Shown one piece after another: positions 1 to 13,050 of a stretch of DNA of 64,000 nucleotides (position 1 is its first letter; every line of letters begins with the position of its first letter). The DNA is taken from the NCBI RefSeq assembly GCF_006345805.1, contig NC_043005.1, positions 56,792,001 through 56,856,000 on the forward strand. Direction: 5' to 3'. The notes beneath the pieces are model-generated. The model ran no database searches and was not told the DNA's origin. It saw nothing but the letters and a program-made list of their open reading frames with translations. This DNA is from Octopus sinensis. Lineage: Eukaryota. The position numbers and the translations under genes are program-made.

Positions 1-87
1 TACAATTTTGTATTTCTAAATATAATAAAGTAAAAAAGCTCTTAACAACTATTTATATCTATTTTAAAGGGTATTTAGAAATAAGTA

Positions 88-520
88 TTATTTGTATCTA
101 GAGAAAGTATACGCCAGTCTATGAAGGCATGAAACATTTCGTTCCTTAAAATTGTTAATAATTGGTAAATTAGCCCTAATTATAAAGAAAATCTCATTAA
201 TGCATAATGAGCATTTTCTATTCCTATTATTATACGCTGGTGCAGATATAAGTATTTTCCATTGCAAATTATAATTGATTTTTTTTGCCCTTAAGCTCCC
301 ATATATATGCACCTAACCCTGTAGAATTAATCCTATTCCTATTTTTAAAAGTATATCTGTGATAATTAAGTCTCTGTTTCAAATTATTCTTAGTAGCCCC
401 AATATATACTCTATTATCATATTGTGTACTTACTATGCATTGGTATACTACCTCCTTTTTCAAACAGTCATTATTGAAGACACAATTTTCCTTAATTCTA
501 CAATTGCACCTATTATCTTG
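88..520 (-). mobile_element. Penelope-like element GIY-YIG endonuclease remnant (frameshifted)
   Basis: ORFs 269..628 and 88..312 give CNCR..C....C..VVY...VYIGAT...RLNYH...YIWELK / WKIL...CSLC..E, the GIY-YIG pattern of PLE endonucleases. Confidence 0.75.
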
Positions 521-1176
521 CTGTAATTGCTTTACTTTATTATGATTACTTGCTGCTGTATTCTTATCAATATTATGATTATTAATATTACTATCATTAT
601 TACTTATTATTCCCATATGCATCGGCATATTATTATTGATAATATTGCTCTCGTTATATTTTACGTTATTATTATTATTATTATTACATACAGAGTTGTA
701 TATACATATATATGTATGTAGATATGTGTTTTTGTTTGTATATTTGTTGACAGTACATGATGGTTTTCTCGTCCACTTTCATGTGTGCATGCTTGTGTAT
801 GTGCGATTGGATGCATAAATATATTTGTATGTGTTCCATTAAATGCAAGTTTGCGTTGTCCACTGTATACTTTTTTGTGGAAGTGTGCGTGGATGTGTAT
901 GTGTGTGTAGGTGCAATTCGGGGGTGTTGGGTGAGATAGAGGATATGGTTGTTTATGTTTACGTAGTGCGTAGCTATATGTAGGTTTGCCTTGTCCATCG
1001 TTTACTTTTTGGTGCAGGAGTTCATTAAGTTGACCAAAATTACGACAACCAAGAATCACTACTGTTGCTCCCATCGGAACACAAGGTAAAATCTATAATG
1101 AACTCCTGCACTACACTTGACAAAACAGTGAGGAACGACTTACAGCTTATAATATATTTTTCGCCTTTTCAAGAAC

Positions 1177-1320
1177 ATGGATTCTATTGAATGTATATAG
1201 CATGGACTCTATTGAATGTATGTAACAATTATGAACTGTTCCATTATACTTTTTATGTATATAGCATGGACTCTATTGAATGTATGAAACAATTATGAAC
1301 TATTCCATTATACTCTTTAT
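1177..1320. repeat. Short tandem duplication (~64-bp unit, ~2.3 copies)
   Basis: catggactctattgaatgtatg..acaattatgaact.ttccattatact is repeated. Confidence 0.85.
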
Positions 1321-1336
1321 TATAAAAAAATTCTTT

Positions 1337-1373
1337 TTGATAAGGTTCGTTATTTCAAGAACCGAAACATGTA
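1337..1373 (+). ncRNA. Degenerate minimal hammerhead ribozyme relic (PLE-type)
   Basis: tTGATaA, stem GGTTC/GAACC, then GAAAC-AT-GTA. Two core mismatches to CTGANGA. Lies next to the PLE remnant. Confidence 0.35.
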
Positions 1374-1446
1374 AAATTTAAAATTTATCTAATATAGTGG
1401 CATTTTCAAACTTCTTTTTTACAAATATATACCCACTCGTATACGA

Positions 1447-1493
<47 letters not shown>

Positions 1494-1503
1494 TATATTT
1501 CAT

Positions 1504-3400
1504 GTGGGTTTAAAGGACACCTCTAAAAAGGACGGTCCACTCATCCTCTCTGCTGAAGTATTATCTGCTTTCGAGTCCATCAAGAAGGAATTAGTTTCTG
1601 TCCCGTTGCTAGCACATCCGATTCCCGATGCTTCACTCTCGTTAACAGTGGATGCATCGGACACTGCGGTCGGCGCGGTACTGCAACACACAGTGGACGA
1701 TCAGACTCGACCTCTAGCTTTCTTCTCTCGCCAGTTACAACTGGCTGAGCTGCGGTACAGCACTTTTGATCGCAAACTCTTGACGATCTACCTGTCAATT
1801 CGTCGTTTTCAACATCAACTCGAAGGGCGAGATTTTGTGATCTATACTGATCACACGCCTCTTACGTTTGCCCTATCGTCTAAGACGGACAAACTCTTGC
1901 CTCGTGCTTTCCGTCACCTGGATTTTATTTCACAATTTACCAGTGACATTCGTCACATACCTGGAAAAGAGAACGTTCCTGTTGACGCTCTTTCTCGTCT
2001 TCCAGTCTGTTCCCTTTCATCACCTGCTGAAATCAACTTGACTACCATTTCGCAGGACCAACCAGCCCTGGCGACGTTAGATTTAACTTCGCCAAGGTTT
2101 TCTTGTTGCCAATTTGCATATTTTCCGCTTCCATCGGCTGAAGGAACTATTCTTTATGATACTTCTACTGGTTCTCCCAGGCCACTGGTGCCTGAGAATC
2201 ACCAACGCTCAGTGTTTGAGGCCCTGCACTCCTTGTCGCATCCGGGCATCGCTGCCACACTTAAGCTTATCACTGCTCGGTTTTTCTGGCCGAATATGCG
2301 TCGCACAATTACGTCTTGGACACGTAGTTGCTCCCAGTGCCAACGCTCCAAGGTCCAGCGACACATTCGTGCTCCGCTTGGACAGTTTTCTCCTCTGGAG
2401 GCCCGTTTTCGCCTTGTCCACATTGACTTGGTTGGACCATGGCCTGTGAGTCGCGGGTTCTCTTACATCTTGACTTGTATCTATCGTTTCTCCCGTTGGC
2501 CGGAAGCCATTCCTATAGCAGACATTTCTGCTGAATCTGTTGCTCAAGCTTTTGTCTCTAACTGGATTTCCCGTTTCGGAGTTCCGTCCAGTTTAACTAC
2601 TGATCGTGGACGCCAGTTTGAAGCTTCCTTATTTCGTGAATTGTCACGTATTCTAGGTGTGCATCATATTCGCACGATCAGTTACCATCCAGCTTCCAAT
2701 GGGAAGGTCAAACGGTTTCATAGGCAGCTCAAGGCCGCTCTTCGTGCCTCTCCAGATCCGCAGTCCTGGACTGAATTTCTGCCCATTGTGTTTCTTGGTT
2801 GTCGTACTGCTGTCATAGCAGACTTGGGTTTTTCCTCTGCAGAGCTATTGTATGGTACCACACTAGCGTTGCCTGGTACGTTGTTGGTACCAGACATTTC
2901 ACGGCTTAATGATCCGGCGTCATACGTCGCCAGACTTCGCACCTATTTTTCTAATCTTCCTCCCATGGGTTCCCGGGACCAATCTTCACCCTCTAATGTC
3001 CCGTCAGATATTGATTCTTGGTCGCATGTTTTTATTCAAGATGACTATGTCAAGGGACCTCTTGTTTCTCCTTACAGAGGACCTTTTCGTGTGCTTTCTC
3101 GCACACCCAAAGTTTTTAACAATCGATGTGAATGGTCGCTCGGAGACCGTTTCTGTAGATAGACTTAAACGAGCATATTCTGAGGTGTCCACATCTTTCG
3201 ATGACACCGCTGCCACGCCCACCTTTGAACCTACACGTGCACCTTTGTCAACACCATCACTTACACATGCACCTCTGACAACACCAGCACCTACAACACC
3301 ACCTTCGTTGTCGCAACCTGCCTCGATCAAATCCTATGTTACCAGGACTGGCCGAACTGTTCACTGGCCTAAGAAACTTGCAAAGACTATTTACATTTGA
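1504..3400 (+). mobile_element. Ty3/gypsy LTR retrotransposon pol fragment (RNase H + integrase), 5'-truncated, frameshifted near 3118
   Basis: [14 protein letters not shown] (RNase H), H..SHPG..C..C integrase Zn finger, HIDLVGP, TDRGRQF, GPF module. C-terminus [10 protein letters not shown] continues in the 2909..3400 frame. Confidence 0.95.
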
Positions 3401-3840
3401 CATTTTCTATTGTGAGTACAAACAATGGTGTATTCGTGACTGTCATTGCGTGATATTCTCTCAGAGAGGGATAAAGTATTGTACAAACGCTACAGAGCTC
3501 CCTTATCAGACAAAACGACAATTATAAAGTAAATGGGCATAACTGTAGCGAAAAGGTGAAATTAGAACGCTTGGACAATTAGACATGGCGGTCGTGCATA
3601 CATAATGTGTACGTGTGTACACATTATATTCTCTTGTGTATTGGACATTTCAATGTTTTGTTATTGAACATTTCTTGAAGAAAATTTTTGTTTTTCTTTT
3701 GCATGCTCATTTATATTGTAATTACAATTTTTCTTGAGTTGTCATATTTTGTGCCTCATCTGTGGTAGATCGGTAGCTATCTTGTTTCTGGTGCCACTAC
3801 AATCTTTATATTCTCGTGCTCCGCACTCAATGGGGAGCCT

Positions 3841-4216
3841 TGTAGTGACGCCATTTTGGGATGTTCATCTGCGCATGTGCAATGTTTGGTGTCTTCCGGT
3901 AGGCCTGCTGGGAGCCCCCTTATGCGCACGCGCAGTAATCAGCAGTAGTTAGCTTTTCCCGCTACTCGATCTCAAGACGGTCGACGAATTAAGACGTGAC
4001 CCGACAAGGCGCCGAGCGGAGGCGAACCAGACTCGGCGGGCGGTGAAGACTGTTTCAACCATGGAGATTTAATCCAACTCTTCTGTTTCCTATCCTATCC
4101 CTGGCGTTCACGCTACCGATGTTCAGCGATGAAATATCTCCTTCGGTGAAAAATAAACTATTATTGTTATTTGTTCAGAGATTCGTGTTCCTGCCGTTTT
4201 ATTCCTTTCTACAACA
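3841..4216 (+). mobile_element. Candidate 3' LTR of the gypsy element
   Basis: Purine tract GGGGAG just upstream, starts TGTAG, AATAAA near 4152, ends CTACAACA. No second LTR copy in the window to confirm. Confidence 0.45.
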
Positions 4217-4299
4217 TTGTAGGGAAATGTGTGAAGCACCCAACAAATGCATATATCACACATAGATAGATAACAAATCCTACAGGTATTTATATTAAA

Positions 4300-4540
4300 T
4301 TTCATTTTTCAGGGAAAAACTCGGGTCTTGTGAATTTTGGAAGTCTGCCCCGCGCAATTTTTTTTTTCTTTTTCATACTCGTTTCCTACACATTTTTTTC
4401 TTACATCCGTTGCATTATTTTTTCTTTATTATGTTTACGGGTAAGCATTAACCGAATTTTGAATAACAAAAATTAAATATCACAAGGGGCATCAGAAATG
4501 ATTGGATGGGGCACGGCCAAAAATCGATTGGGAACCACTG
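4300..4540. mobile_element. hAT-like transposon terminal fragment
   Basis: Ends in ...TTGGGAACCACTG, resembling Charlie/Buster-type hAT termini. No partner end seen. Confidence 0.35.
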
Positions 4541-4631
4541 ATCTAAGCGATTATTTGCTGAAAATTTCGTTAAAAAGTAATCTAAAATGGATACTATTTA
4601 ACGAAACTTTCAACAAATAATCGCTTAGATC
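4540..4631. repeat. 35-bp inverted repeat with 22-nt spacer
   Basis: Arms 4540-4574 and 4597-4631 match 33/35. Confidence 0.85.
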
Positions 4632-4807
4632 CTGTAGATTGATGTATGTAAAGATTTGTTGGAAGATGGGGTATACATCTGTAGTAATGCCATACAATAA
4701 AATATTAATTCTTTATAAACGAACAAAGAAGAAGTGAACGCCCTTACCTTGAAAGCCATGAGAGATCGCGTGTGTATGTGTGTGTGTGTATTTGCGTGCG
4801 TGCGTGC

Positions 4808-4853
<46 letters not shown>

Positions 4854-5399
4854 TTCTCTGTCTTTCAAGATATGGAAAACGCAATTCGGATCTTTCATTC
4901 GCAAAATGTACCCCCTTTAATTTTGCTCAGATTGCTTTCAATTTTGGTGTATCGATGCAACTCTGAATTTTGATTACGATCAACCAATTACTTTGTCTCG
5001 TAAATTAAAGAATCTGTAAGGGTCTAGCATGACTCTGCCTGAGATTTGAAACCCAAATTCATCGGCTTGTTGCTTGTCAAAACGAGCGGGAAACCCTCCA
5101 CACTAGGAGCTGTACTGGTCAAGGAAAGGTCATTCCTTTGTTTAAGGTTAACAGAGAGAATTTTCTATCTTACTCTCATGTGTCAGCTATGACCCAGGAG
5201 CAATACCGGCTGTTAGGTGTCAGCCAGACCAAGGAGCAATATCCGTTTTTGCATCAGCCTTAACCAAGAACAGCACTTCCCTTCGCTCGACATGCGAAGA
5301 GAGGCTTTCGGCCGCAAGAAAGACGATGCCGCCTCAAGTGAGAAAAGAATTTGCAAACTTACAATGCTGAGCATAATAAAAACTAACTTTGTTTTCTTT

Positions 5400-6391
5400 C
5401 TGGAGAAGATTCTAGCTCTTTAATCTGGAACCCAGAAGTTCAGTCTGCTTTTTTGACAAGTTTAAATCCTGCACAAGATCATTCAGATCTCCCTGACTCA
5501 ACAAATGTGGTTCGCTTGTAGAACAATTAGGCTCAAAGTCTATGTCTTCTGTTTCTTTCTCCATATTTTCATCACTTGACTTGTCATCACTAAGTGTCAT
5601 TTGTTTTTGAGGGTCAGGTACAGGGATGTGTTGACTGTGAAGTACTGGTCTCATAACAGATTGTAAATTAGAATATCTTACAGTATGCTCGGATTTAATG
5701 TTATATCTTGCATATTCGTCATGCAGAAGTAGCAACCTGAAGTGTGATCTTTGGACTCCCTCCAAATCAAAAGGACAGCAAAAGGCATACAGCATGAACC
5801 TTTGGCCCATACAGTGAGAAGCCTGACACAGGTTACACAACACACATGAGGGGCCCAGCTTTTATCCTGGTCACCCACTTTGCAATCAAAATAATGCACA
5901 TAGCACTTTTTAATCAATAGTATGAATCACTATCTTTGTGACTTTGAATGTTAAGCCAACGCAAATATAGCAAAAGTTGCTTGCAATACTTATACAGTTT
6001 CATGGCATTATGAAGGTGAATGGAACATGTGAACTTAGTACACAACTGCACACCTACACTTCATGCACAGTACTGACAAAGCATCAATGATGCATCAACT
6101 CAGTATTGCCAAGCTTCAGGGACTCATTGACTCAGCTAGCTGGATTTATGATTTCACTAGGTTAATTCTATTCATAAACATTTAAATTAGCAGTATTTCT
6201 TAAACCGTTAGCTTCATATTTCAACAGCTTAACCGAAATATAGCTCACATAACAGGAACTGAGATGGATATCATGGAAGAGAGAAACTGTGGGTGATACA
6301 GATAATTTGACATTATTTTTGCATTCTGCATGCAAAAACATATAAGATACAGGTATTCTTTTTCTTGGAACAAATTCTTTGTTGACCAGTG
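5400..6391 (-). mobile_element. Chapaev3-like (CMC) DNA transposon, 5' fragment
   Basis: VGDQDKSWAPHVCCVTC...IWRE..DH...CYFC and PHLLSQGDLNDLV.DL.LSK motifs. Terminus CACTGGTC at 6391 is next to TTA. Confidence 0.75.
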
Positions 6392-6465
6392 TTATTCTTA
6401 TTGTAGTTTACAAATCCAACCATGAAAACGTTAATCAACTTTGAAGTTTTAGAAACCGACACCCC

Positions 6466-6506
<41 letters not shown>

Positions 6507-6759
6507 GAATGCATGAATGTACATATAAACTTATATTTGAATACATACATCCTCATACACTTATATATTAATGATGTACACAAATATATGACCAGTATAC
6601 ATATTATATTACTGAAATACGCATAAAGTAAACACATATAGACAAATATATAATACAAAATCAATATTATAAAAATCAATGAAGGGACAAAAGAAATAGT
6701 AAGATGACTTGTGTTGACTTTATTACGTATTTCAGTTTATTTAGAAACCTACAATGAAC

Positions 6760-8340
6760 ACATCATTTCACTTGACTCTTCCCTGCTTCTAGCTTTCGTT
6801 TCAGTTCATCAATCTTGTCTACCAATGTAAACCAGAAAGCCATTGTTCCCTGCATGGAGGTTTTGAGATCATTAAAGAGGGCAAAGATATCAGTCAAATG
6901 AGCCAGCTTGGCTAACCAATTCACATCTCTGAGCAATTGTGACCAATTTGGATCTTTGTCCTGAAGAACTTTCACAACCTCGCTGAGCACACTGTTTAGT
7001 TCTGTTGACATTTTTTTTTTCCAAAATTTTCTCGGTAAAGAAAGCAGCATGTTGACTTGCATTCTGGGGCAAGCGCCTTAATCTGGGTGACCACTCCTGA
7101 ATGCTGTCCAGTCATTGCAGCAGCACCATCAAGTGGAGGTGCAATGGCCCAATGGTTAGGGCAGCGGACTCACGGTTTGTGGATCACGGTTTCGATTCCC
7201 AGACCAGGCGTTGTGTGTGTTTATTGAGCAAAAACACCTAAAGCTCCACGAGGCTCCGGCAGGGGGTGGTGGTGACCCCTGTTGTACTCTTTCACTCCAA
7301 CTTTCTCTCACTCTTTCTTCCTGTTTCTTATCCCCGACTTCCTACGCAACTGCTGAGCCTGGATGTACATTCATCCTACCGTCGATGCTCTCGGTGTCGG
7401 GGGTTGACCTGCTTTCTCTTCTGCGGGTCTTACGAATAGCAAAGGACCACGTTTCGGACTTCTCCCACTCTGGGACGAAGACCACTTCGCTCAACAAACA
7501 AACAAGCAGCACCATCAGAACATACACCTACACAAAACTCGAAATCCAACCCACATTTGTTAACGATGTAATCGCTCACAGTCTTGAACACTTCAGAACT
7601 AATTGTTTTACTTGGTGGTGAAGCAGAGAAAAAAAAAGAACTCTTCCTTCAAATCACCTTTATGTTCAAAGTGCACATACACCTTCAGGATTGCTTGATT
7701 AGCAAAGTCTGTACACTCATCAAGTTGCTAAGGAAAGTACTTTGCTAATTTAATCTGTCCTATGAGCTGATCTTCCGTATCATGAGTCAGATCATGAATT
7801 CATCGAGCTATAGTGTCATTTGAAAGTGGTACCTGAGCCACTTTCTCTACCACCAGCTTGCCTCGCATTTACATACAGACATCTTGAATACAGCCTATTA
7901 CTAGCATCCCACCAATTATGTATGACTTTTTAGCCTTTGCAATTCGAAGTGCTACTTTATAAGAAGCCCACCATGCACAAGTATTTACGTATGACACTTC
8001 AAGTATCTACTTTCTTTCAAAGAACTCTTTCAGCTTTGAACTCATTTCTTTATGTTTTGTATTTAAATGTCTCTTGAGATTTGATGGCTTCATTGAGTCT
8101 TTAGCCAATACATCTCCACAAATAACAAACAGTGGTTTTTGCATTCCCCCCATCATTTGTGTCTACAAAAGCAAATTGAATGTATGAGGAGTCATTTTTC
8201 CAAGTGACACTAGTATGAATTCTTTTTGCCAGCAATACTTCAGTTTCATTTACATTGCCGTCATCTGATTCAAAATTGCATTCAGCAACTGGATGTCTCG
8301 GCTTGATAAATATGTCCATAGGACCTTGCTTTGCCATCTA
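6760..8340 (-). mobile_element. hAT (Buster/Charlie; ZBED5/SCAND3-like) transposase remnant, SINE-interrupted
   Basis: WLAKLAHLTDIF..FNDL...MQG and N-terminal WKNDSSYIQFAF fragments, with many stops. Confidence 0.75.
7135..7505 (+). mobile_element. tRNA-derived SINE (family A)
   Basis: tRNA-like head with A-box TGGCCCAATGG and B-box GGTTTCGATTCC, (AAAC)n tail. Sits inside the hAT remnant. Confidence 0.75.
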
Positions 8341-9099
8341 TAAATTAGGAATAAAAGTAATTAATATTGTCGCAAATATTTCAGTGTTTCTATTATTTAA
8401 CTTTATTTAGTTAAGGTAATTAGTTTTTTCTTTAATTATAATTATAATTGAATTTTTCTTCATTTCATTGTGTATTAAAAAGAAAATTATTATTCTGGTA
8501 TAATCTTTGGAATCTGGTGAATGCATTGTTCTTAAATTGTATTTAAAAATTAAAGTTTAATATTTTTTTAATGTAATAATAATAAAGAAGCCATTTGTGT
8601 ATTATTAAAGGGTCACATTCACAGTACACACATTATTACACCCACAATAACAATACACTTGTCCTGATTGATTTTTTTTTTCAGCCATTTCAGAAAACGG
8701 AAACGATAGGTAATGAATTTAATTAAAATTTTGTTCTCATAATTTTAGTTAAAATTTATCATATTACAAACAGGATAAAAATGTGAAAGTTAAAATTATT
8801 CGTACTTACATTCTTAGATCAGTGGGTTATGACAAGGCCCCAAATGACAAACGTATGATGCTCTCTGTTCAACTTCTTGATATAATTGCGGGTGATCAGC
8901 CTATTCACAAGGTTGCCAGATATCACCACTCACCAGAGTTTCAATACCTCAACTCACTCCCTTTTGATCTCTCCACATTGCTTGAAATAACTTCCTTTCT
9001 ACAACTGCAAACACTAATATAATCTTAATACTACACCAGTAAGCTATGGTAAATAGAAAATATATTGTCGTATCACAAATATGCTACATTTACTTACAC

Positions 9100-9400
9100 A
9101 ATCTCTACCACGGTTGGTGAGTACCATGCTCCACCGACCAGCTGGTATGTTGTTTACTGTAGTGCATAAGGCAAAATTACTGAAATTATGGTAAACTGTT
9201 TGAAGCATGACAATTGTTTCAGCCTCCGTTTTTCCTAGCAAAATACAAAATTTCACGGAAGCATGCTGTTCCTTCGTTTCAGCCATTGTAAAAATTGATG
9301 AACAAGGGAGAAGCACTGCAAAACAAAGATGCACCACATGCCAATACAACGTAACCTGAGCATGCTGGTCGGTAGACTGATGCCTGGGGGTTGCATCAAG
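9100..9400 (-). mobile_element. mariner transposase N-terminal fragment
   Basis: EQHASVKFCILLGKTEAETIVMLQTVY, a mariner HTH1-like sequence. Confidence 0.65.
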
Positions 9401-9482
9401 TTGCCTTTAGCGGCAGAAGCCTGAACTACAACAGGCTACCCACAGAGAACGTTTCCAGTTACTTTTGGAGACCTCCTCATGT

Positions 9483-10460
9483 ATCATCAACATCATCATC
9501 ATCGTTTAATATCCGTTTTCATGCTGGCGTGGGTTGCACAGTTTGACCGAGGTTTGGAGAGCCAGCAGCTGCACCAGGCTCCAGTCTGGTGTGGCAATGT
9601 TTCTACAGCTTGATGCCCTTCCTAACGCCAACCCCTCCAAGAGTGTAGTGGGTGCTTTTTACCTGCCACCGGCACAGGAGCTAGTCAGGTGGTCCTGGCA
9701 TCGATCATGTTCGGATAGTGCTTTTTACGTGCCACCAGCACGGTAGCTAGTCAAGGGGTACTGGCATCAGCCACATTTGGATAGTGCTTTTTATATTCCA
9801 TTGGCACGAGGGCCAGTCAGGCGGTTCTGGCATCGATCACGTTTGGATAGTGCTTTTTACGTGTCACCAGCATAGGATCCAGTCATGCAGACCTTGCATC
9901 GACCATGTTCGGATGGTACTTTTCATGTGCCATCCAGACAAGAGCCAGTAAGGGGACACTGGTATCAGCCACGTTTAAATGATGCATTCTACATGCCATG
10001 GGAACAGAAGCCAATCAAGGAGCACTGTCCATAGCTATGATTTTGGTTTTACTTGACTCAATAGGTCTTCTCAAGCATATCATATCGCCCGACACATCAG
10101 GGCTACTCTCAAATGGGCTGGACATGCAACACTGGCAATGGCCATGGCTGCGATCTTACTTTAGCTGCTGGGTCTTCTCAATCACAGCATATCTCCAAAG
10201 GTCTCAGTCTCCTGTCATTGCCTCTGTGAAGCCCAATGTTCGATGGTCATGCTTCACCCCCTCATCCCATGTCTTCCTGGTCTACCTCTTCCACTGGTTC
10301 CTTCCACAGTTAGGGAGTGGCACTTCCTCACACAGCTGTCCTCATCTATACATAACACATGACCATACCAGTGCAGTCGTTTCTCATGCACACCATATTT
10401 GATGCTTCTCAAGCCCAACATTTCTCTACTATCGTGCATGTAGACTGACATACATCCAGC
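9483..10460 (-). mobile_element. RTE-clade LINE 3' end (RT C-terminus + repetitive 3' UTR + (ATG)n tail)
   Basis: RLHWYGHV...GRGRPGR peptide. (CAT)n-CGTTTAA terminus shared with about 15 other copies. Confidence 0.85.
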
Positions 10461-10800
10461 GGATCATACTATTTTATTTAATTTGCTTTGCAGGAAGTAC
10501 TGTTTCAACAAAGTCGTGTCTCGCCTTTACCTTCGAAACACAGAGTAGATGAAACAGAGGCTGCTGAAGAAGGGGGATTTTCCTTGTGTTGTATGTCTTG
10601 TACTCTGTTTTTCGTTGTTTAAAAAAATGTCCGTTTCCTTGGTTTTGTTTTTATGTTTTCGTTTCTTATTGTGTTCAACGTTTTTTTGGTGTCCTGTACC
10701 CATATATACATGTATATATACATATAGATGTAGGTAAGTACATATATGTATGTATATATGCATGTGTTTTATTTATTATTTTGTTATATATATATATATA

Positions 10801-11195
10801 CTAGCAGTATCGCCCGGCGTTGCTCGGGTTTGTAAGGGAAATAACTATATAACCATTTTTAGAGAGTTATAGCCAAAAAATAGAAAAAAAATGCATTAAA
10901 AATGGAAAAAAAATTATGGTAAATTTTTTTTTAAATCGTTGACTCATCGTAGACATTTTTAGAGAGTTACTTCCCTTATATAATAGCGAAAAATGCATTA
11001 AAATGGAAAAAAATGATGGTAAATTTTTTTTTTAAATCGTAGACTCATCGTAGACGCGCGCTAATACCCAGAAGGGCTCGATATGAATCACGACTATAAG
11101 ATACCCGGTTTTGGTTAAACTGCACTGCAAAATGTGGGAGTAGTTAGGAATCTAAATCATAGGAGACAGACACACAACTTCACTTTTATATATAA

Positions 11196-11198
<3 letters not shown>
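10801..11198 (-). mobile_element. Non-autonomous Helitron
   Basis: On the minus strand: 5' TC, 3' GC-rich hairpin then CTAG, inserted between A and T. Confidence 0.8.
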
Positions 11199-11258
<60 letters not shown>

Positions 11259-11569
11259 AAGAGAGAGGGAGGGAGTTGAAAATATGTAGAGAGAAAAAAA
11301 TAAAAAGGAGAAGAGAAATGCCTTTGTTTCTTATAGTTTAATATCTATTTATAAATATATACATATTATATCAATATCGGGAATTCCAACCGGTTTTCAC
11401 TATTTAAATTAGCTTTTCAAGGAACATTGTACAGTAATCAGTTCTCGTGACAGAGGGGTTTCGTCATTTTGGATGTTTGAAGAATAAGAAGAATGAGTCT
11501 AGGGAGTGAACCAAGGGAAGGCAACGTGGTGTATACTGAATCTTCAGTATCTTTACACCTTGTATATTT

Positions 11570-11571
11570 CT

Positions 11572-11603
<32 letters not shown>

Positions 11604-11670
11604 ATGTGTGTGTGTGTGTAGGTAGGTAGATAGACAGACAGACAGGCAGACAGACAGGAAGACAGACATG

Positions 11671-11701
<31 letters not shown>

Positions 11702-11719
11702 ACAGACAGACAGACAGAC

Positions 11720-11755
<36 letters not shown>

Positions 11756-11757
11756 TG
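11570..11757. repeat. Compound microsatellite (CT/GT/GGTA/GACA/GGCA/GATA)
   Basis: Directly visible. Confidence 0.95.
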
Positions 11758-12699
11758 TTTATCAGATAACTGGTCAGTGATCGAAACATAGCCAAAATCA
11801 GAAGATCAACAGCTGCACAAACTTATGTTTCTGAAGCTCGGCTACAGAATGCGACAGTGACAACGACTACTGCTACTGTCATAACTAACATGCACTCACA
11901 CATCTACCATAGACAGACACAAACCAAATTACTTGGTTTAAACATTGAGAAATTTGTTTTTTGTATTGTGTTTCATTTGTCACAACATTTTTTTAAGGAC
12001 AAATAAATATTTTGTTTTGCAATTTTTTCCGGTTGATAAAAGATATACTAGTCACGCATTGTTGTCAGTTATTTTGACTGCACTCCTCCCTGATGTTTTA
12101 TTATTTTCACCAAAACAAGAAACCGTGAGACATTGAACAAACCAGGTCATTCAAACTTAGATATCAAATCTCTTATCACAATATGAGATTTCAAATATCT
12201 TTTCCTCGCACTTGTTATGTCACAGGAATGTTGTACTGTGATGAACCAATCAGAGAGCTTCTAAAATATTTCTTAAGCAACTGTATAAGGATAAACAGGC
12301 TTCAAAACCAGAGACCTGGTTACTGTAACTAAACACATCAGTCTCAGTACAGAAATTCTATAGTGATTGGATCAGCGAATTAGCTAAGTGAGAGCTGATT
12401 GTCAGGTAGTGGTGAGTCATCAGAATAGAATCAATAGATTATAGTAAAGAAGTAATGACAAAGAACAATAGATTGGTTGGATAGTAAGAAAATTAGAAAA
12501 AGACAGTTAAAAATGGTATCGCAACCGATATGCTGGTATTACAAATGGCTCTCCAGCAGTTCTTCGATGCGAAATACGAGAGTTGAGTCGTGGAGCTAAG
12601 GCACATGTTCACAGGACATGAGAGTAGGAGCACCACTAAATGGGTCTAGATCGAAGAGATACGACATGAAAACAAAGTTACAAAGAGGGCTCTGTACAA

Positions 12700-12874
12700 A
12701 ATGCTTAACAGTATTTCCCCCATTGCTACGTTCTGAGTCCAAATTCCGCCAACGTCGACTTTGCCTTTCATCCTTTCGTGGTTGATAAATAAAGTACCAG
12801 AAACACTAGGGTCAATGTAATCAATTAGTCACTTCCCCCAAAATTTCAGGCCTTGTGCCTTAAGTTGAAAGAAC

Positions 12875-12908
<34 letters not shown>

Positions 12909-13050
12909 GTTATTATTATTAAGTCGACAAGCTAGCAAAATCGTTAGCACACTGGACAAAAATGCTTAACGTCATTTCTTCCGCTTTTACATTATGAGTT
13001 TAAATGCCGGCATGATCAACTACTTTACCTCTCATTGTTTTGGGATCGAC
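12700..13050 (+). mobile_element. Two adjacent (TTA)n-tailed SINE copies (family B)
   Basis: gttctgagt.caaattccgcc..gtcgactttgcctttcatcc core. (TTA)n tail is followed directly by the next SINE head. Confidence 0.8.

Noticed and set aside
661-1074. 137-aa ORF with GKPTYSYALRK
   Set aside because: Mostly (CA/TA) microsatellite translation. The short unique part is not assignable.
3544-3801. Possible nested solo LTR (TGTAGCG...CACTACA)
   Set aside because: Flanks (ATAAC / ATCTT) give no TSD and there is no second copy, so it is not annotated as a feature.
5020-5400. GC-richer segment with short ORFs, possible exon of another gene
   Set aside because: No recognisable peptide and no consistent splice signals.
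7135-7210. tRNA gene (also at 56376)
   Set aside because: A/B boxes are present but there is no complete cloverleaf, and each continues into a SINE body.
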